Shown: in pieces, positions 51,262 to 64,000 of the stretch
Layout of the letters: each line of letters begins with the position of its first letter
Numbering within the stretch: the stretch's first letter is position 1
NCBI GenBank assembly: GCA_002269645.1
Contig: NIVC01001709.1
Coordinates: 1 to 64,000, forward strand
Direction: 5' to 3'
Length of the DNA: 64,000 bases
Source of the DNA: Macrostomum lignano
Taxonomy: Eukaryota
Made by a program: the position numbers and the translations under genes
The notes under the pieces: generated by a model
Database searches by the model: none
What the model was told of the DNA's origin: nothing
The model's input: only the letters and a program-made list of their open reading frames with translations

Positions 51262-53091
51262 ATGAGCTCCATGTGCAGCTGTTTCAGGCGCAGAGCCTCC
51301 ACCGACTCGATCGAAATTCCCAGGACAGATGAAATCGACAGCTCCGACAGGCGAGAGGCGGCCTCTAAGGACTACCAGTTGGTGTTTCTGGACGGCCGAA
51401 ATGACCCCGGCCGAAGTAATTCCTACTCAATCGCGAAGGAGAAGCGGGCCGCATTCAATCAATCGCTGGTGTCGCTGATCAACCAGCGCAGGATCGGTCG
51501 CGGTATTCGGCCGCTAATTCTGTCGCCGAGCATGTGCCGCGGCGCCGAGGCCGTCTGGAATGACAGAGCAGAAGTTGTTAGCGGCCTGCACTACATTCCT
51601 GACAGCCGGTTCGACCTGCGGTACACCGTAGTGCCAGTCGATGGCCAGCCGCTGGACAAACAGATCAGGCTGGACTGTTTGGTCTATACGGACAATGCTG
51701 TGCGGTCCAAGGAGGAGCTGCCCGAGGCTGTGTTTCACTACTGGACCAATAAGGGAAGGTGAGACAATGCGTTGGCTTCCCTCTGCTTTTATAGAGATGA
51801 CCGAATCTTTATTGTAAAACTGTTTAAATTTAAATTCAATGCTTTATTTTTTGAATTGTTGAAATCTTGTCCGACAAACCACTCACTTCTCAAGGGCTAA
51901 ACTCTAGGAGTGCGGGCTAGGGAGTTGGGGCTTGGTATGAAGTTATTGCGCAATTACGAAAGGTGCGTGCACAATGCAGAACCAGCAAAAGTTACAATTT
52001 GTTCGTAAAGTTGCGGAAAGGAAGAAGGCAGTCCTTTTTGGTTCCTTTTCTATTTCCGTAACCAGGCAAAGAAAAGAAGAAACGTGGAAACGAATTGTTT
52101 CCGAATGCAAAGCTAAATGTGGCTTTGACCCTGCAACTGCCGGCAAGGACTGGCGATATGCACGGGCAAGATTTGGGACAACTTGAAATGCAACTCTTGG
52201 TTGCATTCTGAAAGAAAGAAAATTACGAGTACTCTTTCTGCGGCTGGTTAGAGAATCCCAGAAGTTGTCGTCCTCTTCATCAGAGTCAGAAAACATTAAT
52301 GCTATGCAAAATTTCGATTGACTAATGATAAACTAGGTACGTCTTTCCACTCTTAAGATCTTGAACAAGAGTGAGGAGTGTGGTCTAGGGGGATTCACGC
52401 ACCTAAATTTACTCCTAGACTCCTAAAAGTGTCTCCTAGCACTTTAAATTTTCTCTTGGGTTTATTGGACACATTTTCGATCAAGGATTCAAGATTTAGG
52501 AGACCCTTGAAGGCTTAGGAGTCAAGAGTGTCTTCTTATAGAACGGGCCCCTGGTCCCCCACCTGCTGCAAGGTGGCCAGGTGTGCTATCAAGTGTGCAG
52601 CCATTGCAGTTTATGCGGGGCATCCGATGGCTCTATACAGCGCTGGAAAACTTTACAGCACAGAACTATGTCATCGACCTGTAATTTCTCTTTCACAGCA
52701 GGGCTCAACTTAACTTGTCACTTTTTAATTTACCCGATTTAACTGCTTAATACTCAGCTAACACGGCATACGAGCGTATGCTCTCACCCGCTGTGCCATT
52801 CTTCCCACTTAACAGTTGCCAAAACTCCCCTCAATTGCACTCTCCAGCCACACCAACGCGCCTGGCAAGGGGCCGCTGCCGCTACCCCGAGTCAACGCTC
52901 TTCGCGAACGTTGCCAAGCCGAAAATCGAGTTCTCATCGCCAACAAAAGCCGGTTTCTGCCTCTCCTACTGCGCCCGTCGAGTACCCACATTGGACTGCA
53001 CTTCGGCAAGGTGAAATTGTCGCATGGCCTGCTGCCTAAGGACAAGCCTTATAGCGTTGTTGCAGTCCTGTCCAATTGTGATTTGAATTAG
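51262..53091 (+). CDS. Unrecognised family, paralog 4 (CAP/SCP-like; N-terminal MSSMCSCFRRR)
   Basis: Exons 51262-51758 and 52848-53091; a TATA-like TATAAAA lies at ~51202. Confidence 0.8.
51885..52530 (+). mobile_element. PIF/Harbinger-type remnant with a Myb/SANT-like DNA-binding fragment, in the paralog-4 intron
   Basis: 51974-52186 reads KLQFVRKVAERKKAVLFGSFSISVTRQRKEETWKRI...KDW, resembling Harbinger-associated Myb/SANT proteins. TTTAGGAG/CTCCTAAA motifs are repeated at 52400-52525. Confidence 0.55.
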
Positions 53092-55026
53092 AAAGTCAAC
53101 AGGTGTGACATTGAACTGTCTGATGCCTGATGCCTGGATTAAAACTATACTGTTTTAGAATGCCCAGTTCTTTCTGTAGCGGATCGGCACTTAATATTGT
53201 GACTGTTTCGTGAACGAATAATATACTGTATATCTTAAATCAGAAATAAATCTTTTTCGGACTTTTATTCTATTCCAACAATTCCAACATTTTTGTTATA
53301 TCTGTAGAGCCAGTCATTTTTCTGTTAATTGCAGTATGAATGTCAATAAATAGTTGAAAGTGTACGTGACTCGGCTAGATAAAAGCGCAAAATTTTCATT
53401 TTTTATTGCGCCAGAATCAACCAGCAGAAATCGAGAAGCAGGAAGCAGAAGTTCTCATACTGTTGTAAGCACTTGACTGTCCGACACCCGCAACCAGCAC
53501 TTGACTGGCCGGTAAAAGAAAGCGACGGGACTACTCCAAAGCATTCACAATCACACATCTTAGACATTAGAGAATGCAGGACCACACCCGGAGCCCAGTC
53601 CGTCTAGCAGCACTAGGTGAACACTTGAACACTCTCAGGTTCTAGTTCTAATGCCGACTTTGCGTGACTGTGGGAGAGTCTGCGGCTGCCAGAGGCAAAT
53701 ATAGGTGCAGACCCCAAACAGCCTTTAACCTGCAAAATAGCATCGAGACCGTGGTTCGTATGACTATTAGTCTGGCTCATACTTCACTTGGCAATGCTGA
53801 ACATGCCAATTTGACCAGGAAAACTGTCAAAACCATTCATCGAATGGTTAGAAAAAACTATGGATGAGTGCAGCGCCGGTTGAATCTGCTTTATTTGAAG
53901 GGCTGACACTCATTTTGGTGTAGCAGGTGGATGTCAGCACCCCAATGCCCCTGAAGGAAAGGAGCTAAATTCTGGGGAAGGATAAAAGTTGGAAAATCAC
54001 ATTGTGTGCCGCAAAGGATTTTGTTTTAATGAGCACGTGCCCCCGGTTCTGTAAGCATTAACTAGTTAATAGCCGGTACAAAACACGATAATTGTAATGT
54101 ATACCGGAAAATTAAGTATATTTGAATGTCATATAAACAAACGATGTTAGTAATTAATTTTTAGAGTTTAATGAGGATTTATTTATCTGCCCGAGCCGTT
54201 TTTGATCTTAAAGCTTGAATTCAAAGAAACTTTAAATATATAAACTTTCGGCAAATTCAGACTTGTAACCCAAAGTTTTCAGCGCGCGATAATGTCCATT
54301 TTAAGAAGTCGTAGTTAGTCGATCAGTTCAGCGACCATCAACAACAATTTTTAACGTACTGTTTGACGGTAAATATAAATTGTTAACTCCCTAAATATAC
54401 TAATCAGCAAAACAACAGCTACACCATCAGAACAAAGTCTCGACTCTGTGTTTTCATTTAAAGTTTTTGTATTCCTCGTTCTCACTGAAGACAAAGGGAA
54501 GATAAAAATTAGTTAAGAAGACAGGCAGTTGTTAAGTCTATTTAAGTAAGTCTATAATTAATTAAGACTAATTAAGTCTATAACATAAAGAATACAAAAT
54601 GCACATTTGCTTTAGTATTAGTGAAGGCAGATAATCTCAATTTTTGCAGTATACACCTTTTTTTCAAATTGATTGCTGATTAGTATTATTAAGACCCATA
54701 GCCATAGGCCCATAGACAATTAGCCATAGGCCTAAACATAAATCAATACTACTAGTCAGTAAGGACTCAAGAGGTGCATGGATTGGACAATGGTGGTCCA
54801 TGCATATTGGCTATAGCTTAAATTTTAGGACTACATTTGTAGTTAAAGTCTAAAAATAAAAAGAAATGAAAAAATTAATATATAATATTGGGCCCTATTA
54901 TCTAAATTGTTTGTTAAAGGCCTTCCTACTTATTGTTAGTCACTATATCATAATATCATTAGGGTATACTAGGCCTATATATACTAACTAAGTATTAAAC
55001 ATGATAATAGTTTGCAACTTTGTCCT

Positions 55027-55945
55027 ATTGCAATATTGGCATGGCAGTACTTATCCTCACGGTACTGTAGGAATAATTTCTGTCTTATTCCAATGATACC
55101 GTGGGAATAATTTTCTGCTTATCCGCATGGCACATTGACAAGATAGCTGCCCTATCTTCTACATATGCTGTGGGAATAATTTTCTGATTATCCGCATGGC
55201 ACACTGACAAAATAGCTGCCATATCTTCTACATATATGTGCTGAATGTAGCAAATCTCATCATTGAATTTCGTATGGATGCATTTTTGTTTAGTTGGGGG
55301 TTAGGATTGTTATTGTATATTATCGATAATGTATTTTGTTGTAATTTCCGAAAGTGCGCCCTAATTTAAAAAGCACTATCGCATCAGACCGGGACGTGTT
55401 CTGTTCGCATTAAGTGGAGTAGTGACTTGGCACCTCGAAATATAAAGTCAGAATTGCATTTGATTGATGTCTCAACAAAGTGCAAGTCTTACATATACAT
55501 GAATAGTTTATAGCTTTTTGAAAGGGAATTTGAATTGAGGATACTAAGAAGCTATTGATCTGGATCAACACCACGACCAGCATTTTTTTGTATAAAAAGG
55601 CCATTAAATCTTTACTTCTAATAAACAAATTGTCAAGCAAAGTTATGTTGTTATACTGCACTTAAACCGTAAGTACTAAACTAAATTATTCCCGCGGCAT
55701 ATGTAGAAGATGGGCCAGCTATCTCGTCAGTGTGCCATGCGGATAAGCAGAAAATTATTCCCATGGCATATGTAGAAGATGGGCCAGCTATCTCGTCAGT
55801 GTGCCATGCAAATAAGCAGAAAATTATTCCCACGGCATATATAGAAGATGAGCCAGCTATCTCATCAGTGTGCCATGCGGATAAGCAGAAAATTATTCCT
55901 ACGGTACCGTGGGGATAAGCACTGCCTATTGGCATTGCTATTTTT
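55027..55945. mobile_element. Foldback element with inverted termini and 69-bp subterminal tandem repeats
   Basis: Left GGCAGTACTTATCCTCACGGTACTGTAGGAATAATTT versus right AAATTATTCCTACGGTACCGTGGGGATAAGCACTGCC. Two repeats on the left and three on the right, in opposite orientation. Confidence 0.75.
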
Positions 55946-58421
55946 TTATAATATATATTTTAATATATCTTTTATCTTTCTATATTTTCATAGTCAAAGT
56001 TTGCTTTTTCTGCATAAAAATTGCATAGTTGCTTTGTTTAGGTATGTCTCTGCTTTAATTAAAAAACTTTAAACATTAACTAAATGCTTTATAAGCTTAG
56101 ATAGATATTCTTTAGCAAAAAATATTAAGACATTATAAATATATGAAATGCTAAATTATTATTATTAATTTTATTATTGCTAAGCCTAGGAGCTGTATTA
56201 TTATAATTTCTATTCTTTTTCTTATTAAAAACAAATAAAAAAACAAAAAAATGTTAAGTAGCCTTTAAAAGTAGTAGCTGCAATTTTACAAAAAATATTT
56301 TATTTGATTGCCATAAAAAGTAATAAAAGAATTCAGGCTTCACCTTATAGCCAATTTTGAAAAACTGATAATACACTGGTCATATTTTCCTATACCTCTA
56401 TAAATTCACATTAAAAAAATTCATTGAAAAATAGTTTTTAAACAACTATTACATGTTTACTAAGTCCCAGGACTGGAATTATCCCTTACTATATGTAAAA
56501 TGCATGGGTATTTTACATTAGCATTAATTTACCCATTCAATTTGCTTCCTTTGGCCAATAGGTTCCTCTAAGCCACATAACCTACAAGGGGGTTGCTTGG
56601 CTTTTTCTATGAAAGCAATCATAATATTCTTGTTGGCATACAGCATTTAATTTCTATGCTAGGCATATAGACAACAAAGTACACTTATTAAGCAATAAGT
56701 TATAGCCAAATAAATAGGTCAGCACTAGAAATCTTTAAATGCCCCCCTTTAGGGCGCTAAATAAGCAAAGGAGAAAAACAGTTTTCCAAATGCATGTTAT
56801 ATATTAAATATGTTGGGAAAAATGTTATATACAAATCTTTTCTATACTTACAAAAAGGTTATTTGGCTGCTATTAGCTCTTTTTGAGATTTTTATTAGAA
56901 TTATATAGCATAAATATTACATATTTCATGCCTATTTGTACAATGCAATGTAACATCCATAAGAATTTAATATTAATTATTTAAACAAAGATAAGTAGAC
57001 TTTTCACATAGAAACAAATTTTTATCTGCAAAAAAATAAATATGGTAAGTTAAGCCACTTTTTAAATAGTAATTTAGAGATTAGTCAATTTTTCACACAT
57101 TGGTTAATGACAACTTGCATTGAATTTAATTCACACCAAAAATTGTTGTTTTTATATTAATGTACCACCATACATACAGAATAAACTGTATGATGCGCAC
57201 TAAAATGAACAATATTTGTACTGCAGTGTTCCTTGAAACAGGTTTTATGTAAAATTATAATGGCAACAACAAATAGATATTGATTCTTGAATCTTGATTT
57301 ATTACATATACATAAAATGCTTCAGTTTCTTTCACTTTGTATCAAATCTCCATTTTAAGTCAAGTTAATAATGCATGAGCTTAGTAGCTAAATTCAGTGG
57401 TGACTACAACTCATACAAAAACTAATATCAGCAATCAAGGACTTAAAAAGGCCTAGATTATTTCCTACTGTTATCTTTTGTTGGTTTTATAATTTCAAAC
57501 ATGTGCAGCAGCAAAAGATCATTTGATAATTTAATAGTAATAATAATAGTAATAGTATTTAATAGTAATATTAAATTATTAATTGGTATATTTTTATGGG
57601 AATCTTAATCATTCAACAGCTCAATTTGACTTTTTTGAATACATACTCATATCAACTATGCTGCTTTACTAATAATGTGTTAATGTTTAATATTTAAACA
57701 AAAATGTAATAGTATACAAATGTAATTAAATGTAATTAATATACAAAAATGTTTAATATTAGTCCATTTTTCTTTGCCTTTATCTCATTGCTTAGTCTGC
57801 TTATAGGTTATACTCTCCATGAAAAATACATACACCAAAATTTAAATTTTTTTATTTATTTTTATTTATATTAAAACTTATATTTTTGCTAAGTGCACAT
57901 TTTTACTACACTTATAAACCTTTTTCCCTTATATGTTCTATCTGCTTAGAGAGAAAGATAAAAGGAGGTGAAGGAGCAGAGCTTGATAAAATTAGAAGAG
58001 GGCACATAAATTAAGTTAATATGCCTTGCAAATGTCAAACCTCTATTCTCATATGTACTCAATGCCAATTGCTTTCTACTGTCACTCTGATATATGGAAT
58101 CTAGGTAGTGCATTGTAAGATTGTTGAAGAACATAGCCAAACCCAAAAATAGCTTTTTGTATATATTGGAACTAGCATCTTCTTCACTATCTAATTTTTT
58201 TTAGAAAATTGAAGAAAACACATGGTTGCATAGCCAGGTCTGGCAGTTGTGTCAAAAATGTATTGGGCTAAGGGAGCTTGGAAAAGAGGACACTTTTTGC
58301 AGTGCAGGAGGGCACTTCAGGATTGTGTTTATTATGAAACAGTGCGTCTTTTTTCTTAGAATATAGAACTGTGTGTATGTTTATAAGCTATGATTCTTTT
58401 TTCTTAGAATATAGTAATATA

Positions 58422-59238
58422 CGAGGGGCGTCCAGAAAGTAGTGTTACTATTACTCGGTGTGGACATATGGAAAGTTGCACTTGCATAAGTTTGGTGTCA
58501 TTTGAAAGTGGCAAGTCTCTTCTTTAAAATGACACCAATTGCAAGAGATTTGAATATGTGCTTCAAGAGATATGGATAATTAAGTAGAGATAGGTCGGTC
58601 ATAAACTTACACAAGCTGTGTCTGCAGAAAACTTTTATTAATCACTTCAAGAAAATCCAAACAACACAACAAAAGTACAGTAAAAAAACAGGTGATAACA
58701 AGCAAAATTGTTATACAAGCAAACAACGTTAAAATCACTCATCGGTTGGCAGAGTTGTCTTCTCAACGTAGTCACCACCAGACATGATGCACTTCTCCCA
58801 TTGGTCTCGCATCTTGTCGATGGCGTCTGCGTACAGAGTTCTCAGAATCTGGTGCAGCAAGACCCTCCTAACCTCGCTCTCCATTTGATCGCGACTGTTA
58901 TGGACTCAGCACAGCAACTGCAGTCTTAGTTTTCTGAGGCAGCCCCTCTCAGTTACTGCATCGAATTTGGCCATAGACAGTTTATGCATGCGAGAAAAAT
59001 CGATAAAATTTCAAGCTGAATGCTATTTTTAGCTTAAATTTTAGCTTGTGTAAGTTTATGACCGACCTATCTCTACTTAATTATCCATATCTCTTGAAGC
59101 ACATATTCAAATCTCTTGCAATTGGTGTCATTTTAAAGAAGAGACTTGCCACTTTCAAATGACACCAAACTCATACAAGTGCAACTTTCCATATGTCCAC
59201 ACCGAGTAATAGTAACACTACTTTCCGGACGCCCCTTG
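58422..59238 (-). mobile_element. Non-autonomous mariner derivative, 817 bp, with ~196-bp TIRs
   Basis: TA|CGAGGGGCGTCC...GGACGCCCCTTG|TA. 58422-58617 is inverted at 59043-59238. The interior minus strand reads LYADAIDKMRDQWEKCIMSGGDYVEK, a mariner C-terminal motif. Confidence 0.9.
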
Positions 59239-59574
59239 TATTTGTTTACAAGTTATAATCAGACATGCTATTTAATCTTATTAACTACTTGGCTTGATGT
59301 GACTACTTGACTATCAAGTATTTGTAGCATTGTTGGCACTATTACTAATGCATAGACCCCTATTAAACTAAATTAATTTGTTCATTTGTTTCATATATTT
59401 AGAATTTAAAATGGAAAGGAAGTAAATTAGAGTAGAAAAATATTTTAAAGAATGATTCTATAGGTTAACCATTTAGGCTCTAAAACAAAAATCATATAAT
59501 ATCATAAAAAACTTTGCGAAAATTTCAATATTAAATATCAATTAGCCACTGTGAAACTCTCCAGAGCCAGCCAG

Positions 59575-61914
59575 ATGTTCCACCTGAAGAAGACGCACCG
59601 TCTGGTGCTGATGATCCTCATGGCAGTCGGCTATTTTGTAGTGGAATTGGTTGTCGGGCACTTGTGCGACTCCATGACTTTGGTAGCCGACTCTTTCCAC
59701 ATGCTGTCCGACGTGCTGGCGCTAACGGTGGCGCTTGGCGCCGTTCGCATGGCCAAGAAGCCGCGAGACCGGCGCCACACCTATGGCTTTCAGCGGGCAG
59801 AAATTCTTGGCACACTGGTTAATACCGTGATGCTGGTCACCCTGTGCTTCACCATCATTATGGAGGCGATTCACAAGCTGTTCGAGCCTAAGCCTGTCAC
59901 CCAGCCAAAGTTGATTATTGGGGTTGGTGCTGGCGGCTTGCTAATTAACCTGATTGGCATCCTGTTGTTCTGCGGACACAGCCACGGGCACAGCCACGGC
60001 GGCTCGGGTGGACCAGTTGTAAGTGCCTTAATTGTGCTTTTTAGATATAGCTGTTGTGTACTTTGGTACTGGTGCCGACTGAAGCTGTGTTAGACATCCT
60101 GTTATGCCACGTGTACTATTACAGATGCAGGTGTTAAACATCCTGTAATGTCACGTGTACTGTTACAGATGCAGCTGTTATACATCCTGTAATGTTACAG
60201 ATGCAGGTGTTAAACATCCTGTTATACCACGTGTACTGTTACAGATGCAGGTGTTATACATCCTGTAATGTCACGTGTACTGTTACAGATGCAGGTGTTA
60301 GACATCCTCTTATGCCCCGTGTACTGTTACAGATGCAGGTGTTATACATCCTGTTATGCCACGTGTACTGTTACAGATACAGGTGTTAGACATGCTGTAA
60401 TGTTATGTAAATATTTAATTGTCAAATCCATTCCGTCTGTAGAGTTGTCGTTTACAGACATCTTGTAGTCCATAAAACTGTAATTTTACCTCTATTAGGT
60501 TATTCTGTAGCCGTTAACAGTTAAAACATTCTGCCGTCTGACTGTTGAGCAGCTCTGTCTGAAGTGTTTCTGCATTTGCTACAGTAGTGCGCTGATTGGT
60601 GTTGGACAGCTTGAGTTAGTTCGGTACAGCGGCATGCGTTGGGGTTGCCATCCGATACAATCATAAAATCAGTCGTATTAGGCATGCATGCCTGTAGTAG
60701 CAAGTTTGTTAGTGACGTTTGCAGCTGAATTTCTGCAACTTTTCACCGTAGCTCGTATCCATTAGTTCCCAAAAAATATTAAATAACTACTCTGCGATTT
60801 AGGTGGATCTGTACAGTACAGCTGATGACTCATTTCTTGATTAAGTCATAAATCAGGTCAATCATGCAGGGCTAGTCAGTTAGTCTTTGAATCCTGCTAC
60901 CCTGCCTACGGCCCTGCTTCCCTCCCCACCCTCATTGGCCTCGTGTTACCCTCTTGCTACCCTTCCCACCATCCTGCTACCCTCCCTACCCTCCTGCTAC
61001 CCTCCCTCCTGCTACCCTCCCTACCATCCTGTTACCCTCCCTACCCTCCTGTTACCCTCCCTACCCTCCTGCTACCCTCCCTACCATACTGTTACCCTCC
61101 CTACCCTCCTGCTACCTCCCTACCATCCTGCTACCCTCCCTACCATCCTGCTACCCTCCCTACCATCCTGCTACCCTCCCTACCCTCCTGTTACCCTCCC
61201 TACCCTCCTGCTACCCTCCCTACCATACTGTTACCCTCCCTACCCTCCTGCTACCTCCCTACCATCCTGCTACCCTCCCTACCCTCCTGCTACCCTCCCT
61301 ACCATCCTGCTACCCTCCCTACCCTCCTGCTACCCTCCCTACCCTCCTGTTACCCTCCCTACCCTCCTGCTACCCTCCCTACCATCCTGTTACCTCCCTA
61401 CCCTCCTGCTACCCTACCCTCCTGCTACCCTCCCAACCATCCTGCTACCCTCCCTACCATCCTGTTACCTCCCTACCCTCCTGCTACCCTACCCTCCTGC
61501 TACCCTCCCAACCATCCTGCTACCCTCCCTACCATCCTGTTACCCTTCCTACCCTCCTGCTACCCTCCCTACCATCCTATTACCCTCCCTACCCTCCTGC
61601 TACCCTCCCTACCATCCTGCTACCCTCCCTACCCTCTTGCCACCATTCACTCTATCCAATAGCTTATCACTCTGCCCAAACCCAGGGTGACGTGGACAAG
61701 CTGCTCCAGTACAAGACCGTGATGGTCATGTCTTCAATGCCGGACGACAGTCAGCAGCCAGCTGAGACCAACGAGCCAGACGGCAATGGCGGAGCGGCTG
61801 CTGCTGCCTCCGCTGCCCCGACGGCAGCTGGCGGCGCAGCCGGAAAGGCCGGCAATTCTGCTGCCGCGGCTAACAACGAGGCGTCAGACAGCCGGAGCGG
61901 CGAGAACGGAGTTG
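59575..61914 (+). CDS. Zinc transporter ZnT1/SLC30A1-like (cation diffusion facilitator), 5' part; further exons expected downstream
   Basis: Exon 59575-60018: LVADSFHMLSD, TYGFQRAEILGTLVN, EAIHKLFEP, HSHGHSHG. Probable loop exon at 61686-61914. Confidence 0.88.
60085..60400. repeat. ~40-bp minisatellite (GTTACAGATGCAGGTGTTATACATCCTGT...)
   Basis: Direct. Confidence 0.85.
60890..61640. repeat. C-rich 20-bp minisatellite (CTACCCTCCTGCTACCCTCC)
   Basis: Direct. Confidence 0.93.
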
Positions 61915-62534
61915 GTAAGCGGCACCGGCTTGTTCCTTTAGCTATGATTTACAACCCTTGTGTAAAGTGTTTCCCTGCACTTTATTTTCGTTTGTAGCGG
62001 CCCCTTGTCCTTATCAGTCTGCGCGCATCGGCATTGCGACTTTCCCTGTTTTCGTAAACTTATTTACGTATTGCTCATGCTCTGTCATTCTCTGCTTGGA
62101 AGTCTCCTGTGACGCGCGGCTTTATCGCAGGTGCTAAGCTGCTGATTCCGACTGTGACCCCGTTTACCGCTGCGCTGTCCCAGAGATAACACGGCCTACT
62201 GCAGAGCCCCGAGCATTATTGTGGGACACGCGTTTTGATTTAATTTAAAAGCTTTACCACCTCGCTTCGATTGGGGTTCTTTGTATTCGGAATCTGCAGC
62301 CGCTCCGCCCTGGTCTGGCCTGCTCTTATCGTTGCTGCGGCAGGTTTCCAGTGGAGCCGCTGCCGTGCCAGCCAAGGCTGCCCCACCCCACCTCCTTAAT
62401 TTACAGTCAGCTGGCGTTATTTTGCCTGGCTAGAGAACTTAGCGAACGAACTGGGTACGAATTCCAGTGTTAGCCAGTGCGAACCCTGGGTTTCCTGCCG
62501 CTTTGCATGTCTTGTGGGGGCTGCGGCTCGATGG

Positions 62535-62544
62535 ATGATGGATG

Positions 62545-62589
<45 letters not shown>

Positions 62590-62596
62590 ATAGATG

Positions 62597-62693
<97 letters not shown>

Positions 62694-62700
62694 ATAGATG

Positions 62701-62781
<81 letters not shown>

Positions 62782-62796
62782 TTAGACAATTGATAG

Positions 62797-62866
<70 letters not shown>

Positions 62867-62878
62867 GGTTAGACAATT

Positions 62879-62951
<73 letters not shown>

Positions 62952-62966
62952 ATAGATGGATAGATG

Positions 62967-63037
<71 letters not shown>

Positions 63038-63049
63038 GGTTAGACAATT

Positions 63050-63114
<65 letters not shown>

Positions 63115-63153
63115 ATAGATGGATGGATAGATAGATAGATAGATAAATAGATG

Positions 63154-63198
<45 letters not shown>

Positions 63199-63205
63199 AT
63201 AGATG

Positions 63206-63290
<85 letters not shown>

Positions 63291-63297
63291 ATAGATG

Positions 63298-63366
<69 letters not shown>

Positions 63367-63381
63367 TTAGACAATTGATAG

Positions 63382-63437
<56 letters not shown>

Positions 63438-63447
63438 TTAGACAATT

Positions 63448-63488
<41 letters not shown>

Positions 63489-63492
63489 ATAA

Positions 63493-63568
<76 letters not shown>

Positions 63569-63575
63569 ATAGATG

Positions 63576-63644
<69 letters not shown>

Positions 63645-63855
63645 ATAGATGGATAGATAGATAGATAATAGATAGACAATTGATAGATGGATAGTTAGTT
63701 AAATACATAGATAAATACATACATAAATACATACATAAATACATACATAAATACATACATAAATACATACATAAATACATACATAAATACATACATAAAT
63801 ACATACATAAATACATACATAAATACATACATAAATACATACATAAATACATACG
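62535..63855. repeat. (GATA)n microsatellite of ~1.17 kb followed by (AAATACATACAT)n
   Basis: Direct. Confidence 0.97.
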
Positions 63856-64000
63856 CTCGTACATGCGCAGATGCATAGACACATTTGGATATTAATTAGT
63901 GAAATATAGTGTCGCATCACTATATTTTTTTATATATATATATACATCACTATAGTGCGCAAATATTTTTTCAGCAATTTAGAAGGGTTCGGTAATTTAA

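Noticed and set aside
62417-63920. YLSI-repeat ORFs
   Set aside because: Reverse translation of (GATA)n.

Overview
Eukaryotic (invertebrate) genomic DNA with GC-rich spliced exons separated by introns packed with micro- and minisatellites. The style is reminiscent of a free-living flatworm such as Macrostomum, but that is inference. The left part holds two housekeeping genes (AMDHD2-like GlcNAc-6-P deacetylase; ZMPSTE24 plus a partial duplicate), a decayed BEND5-like gene and a peptide-type GPCR; most carry 1-bp indels or stops, which may be consensus errors or real decay. The middle part (20-53 kb) is an accessory gene island. It contains signal peptide-PAN-like-fibrinogen (FReD) genes, including a tandem array built by unequal crossover, a WSC+PAN gene joined by a GC-AG intron, and a Mab-21/cGAS-like fragment cut by a satellite. 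That satellite hosts a Penelope retroelement with hammerhead ribozymes. The island ends in four tandem, intact, two-exon paralogs of an unrecognised family with a divergent CAP/SCP-like fold. The right part has a nearly CpG-free AT-rich block with foldback and mariner-derived elements, then the 5' part of a ZnT1-like zinc transporter. All calls come from manual reading; no searches were run.
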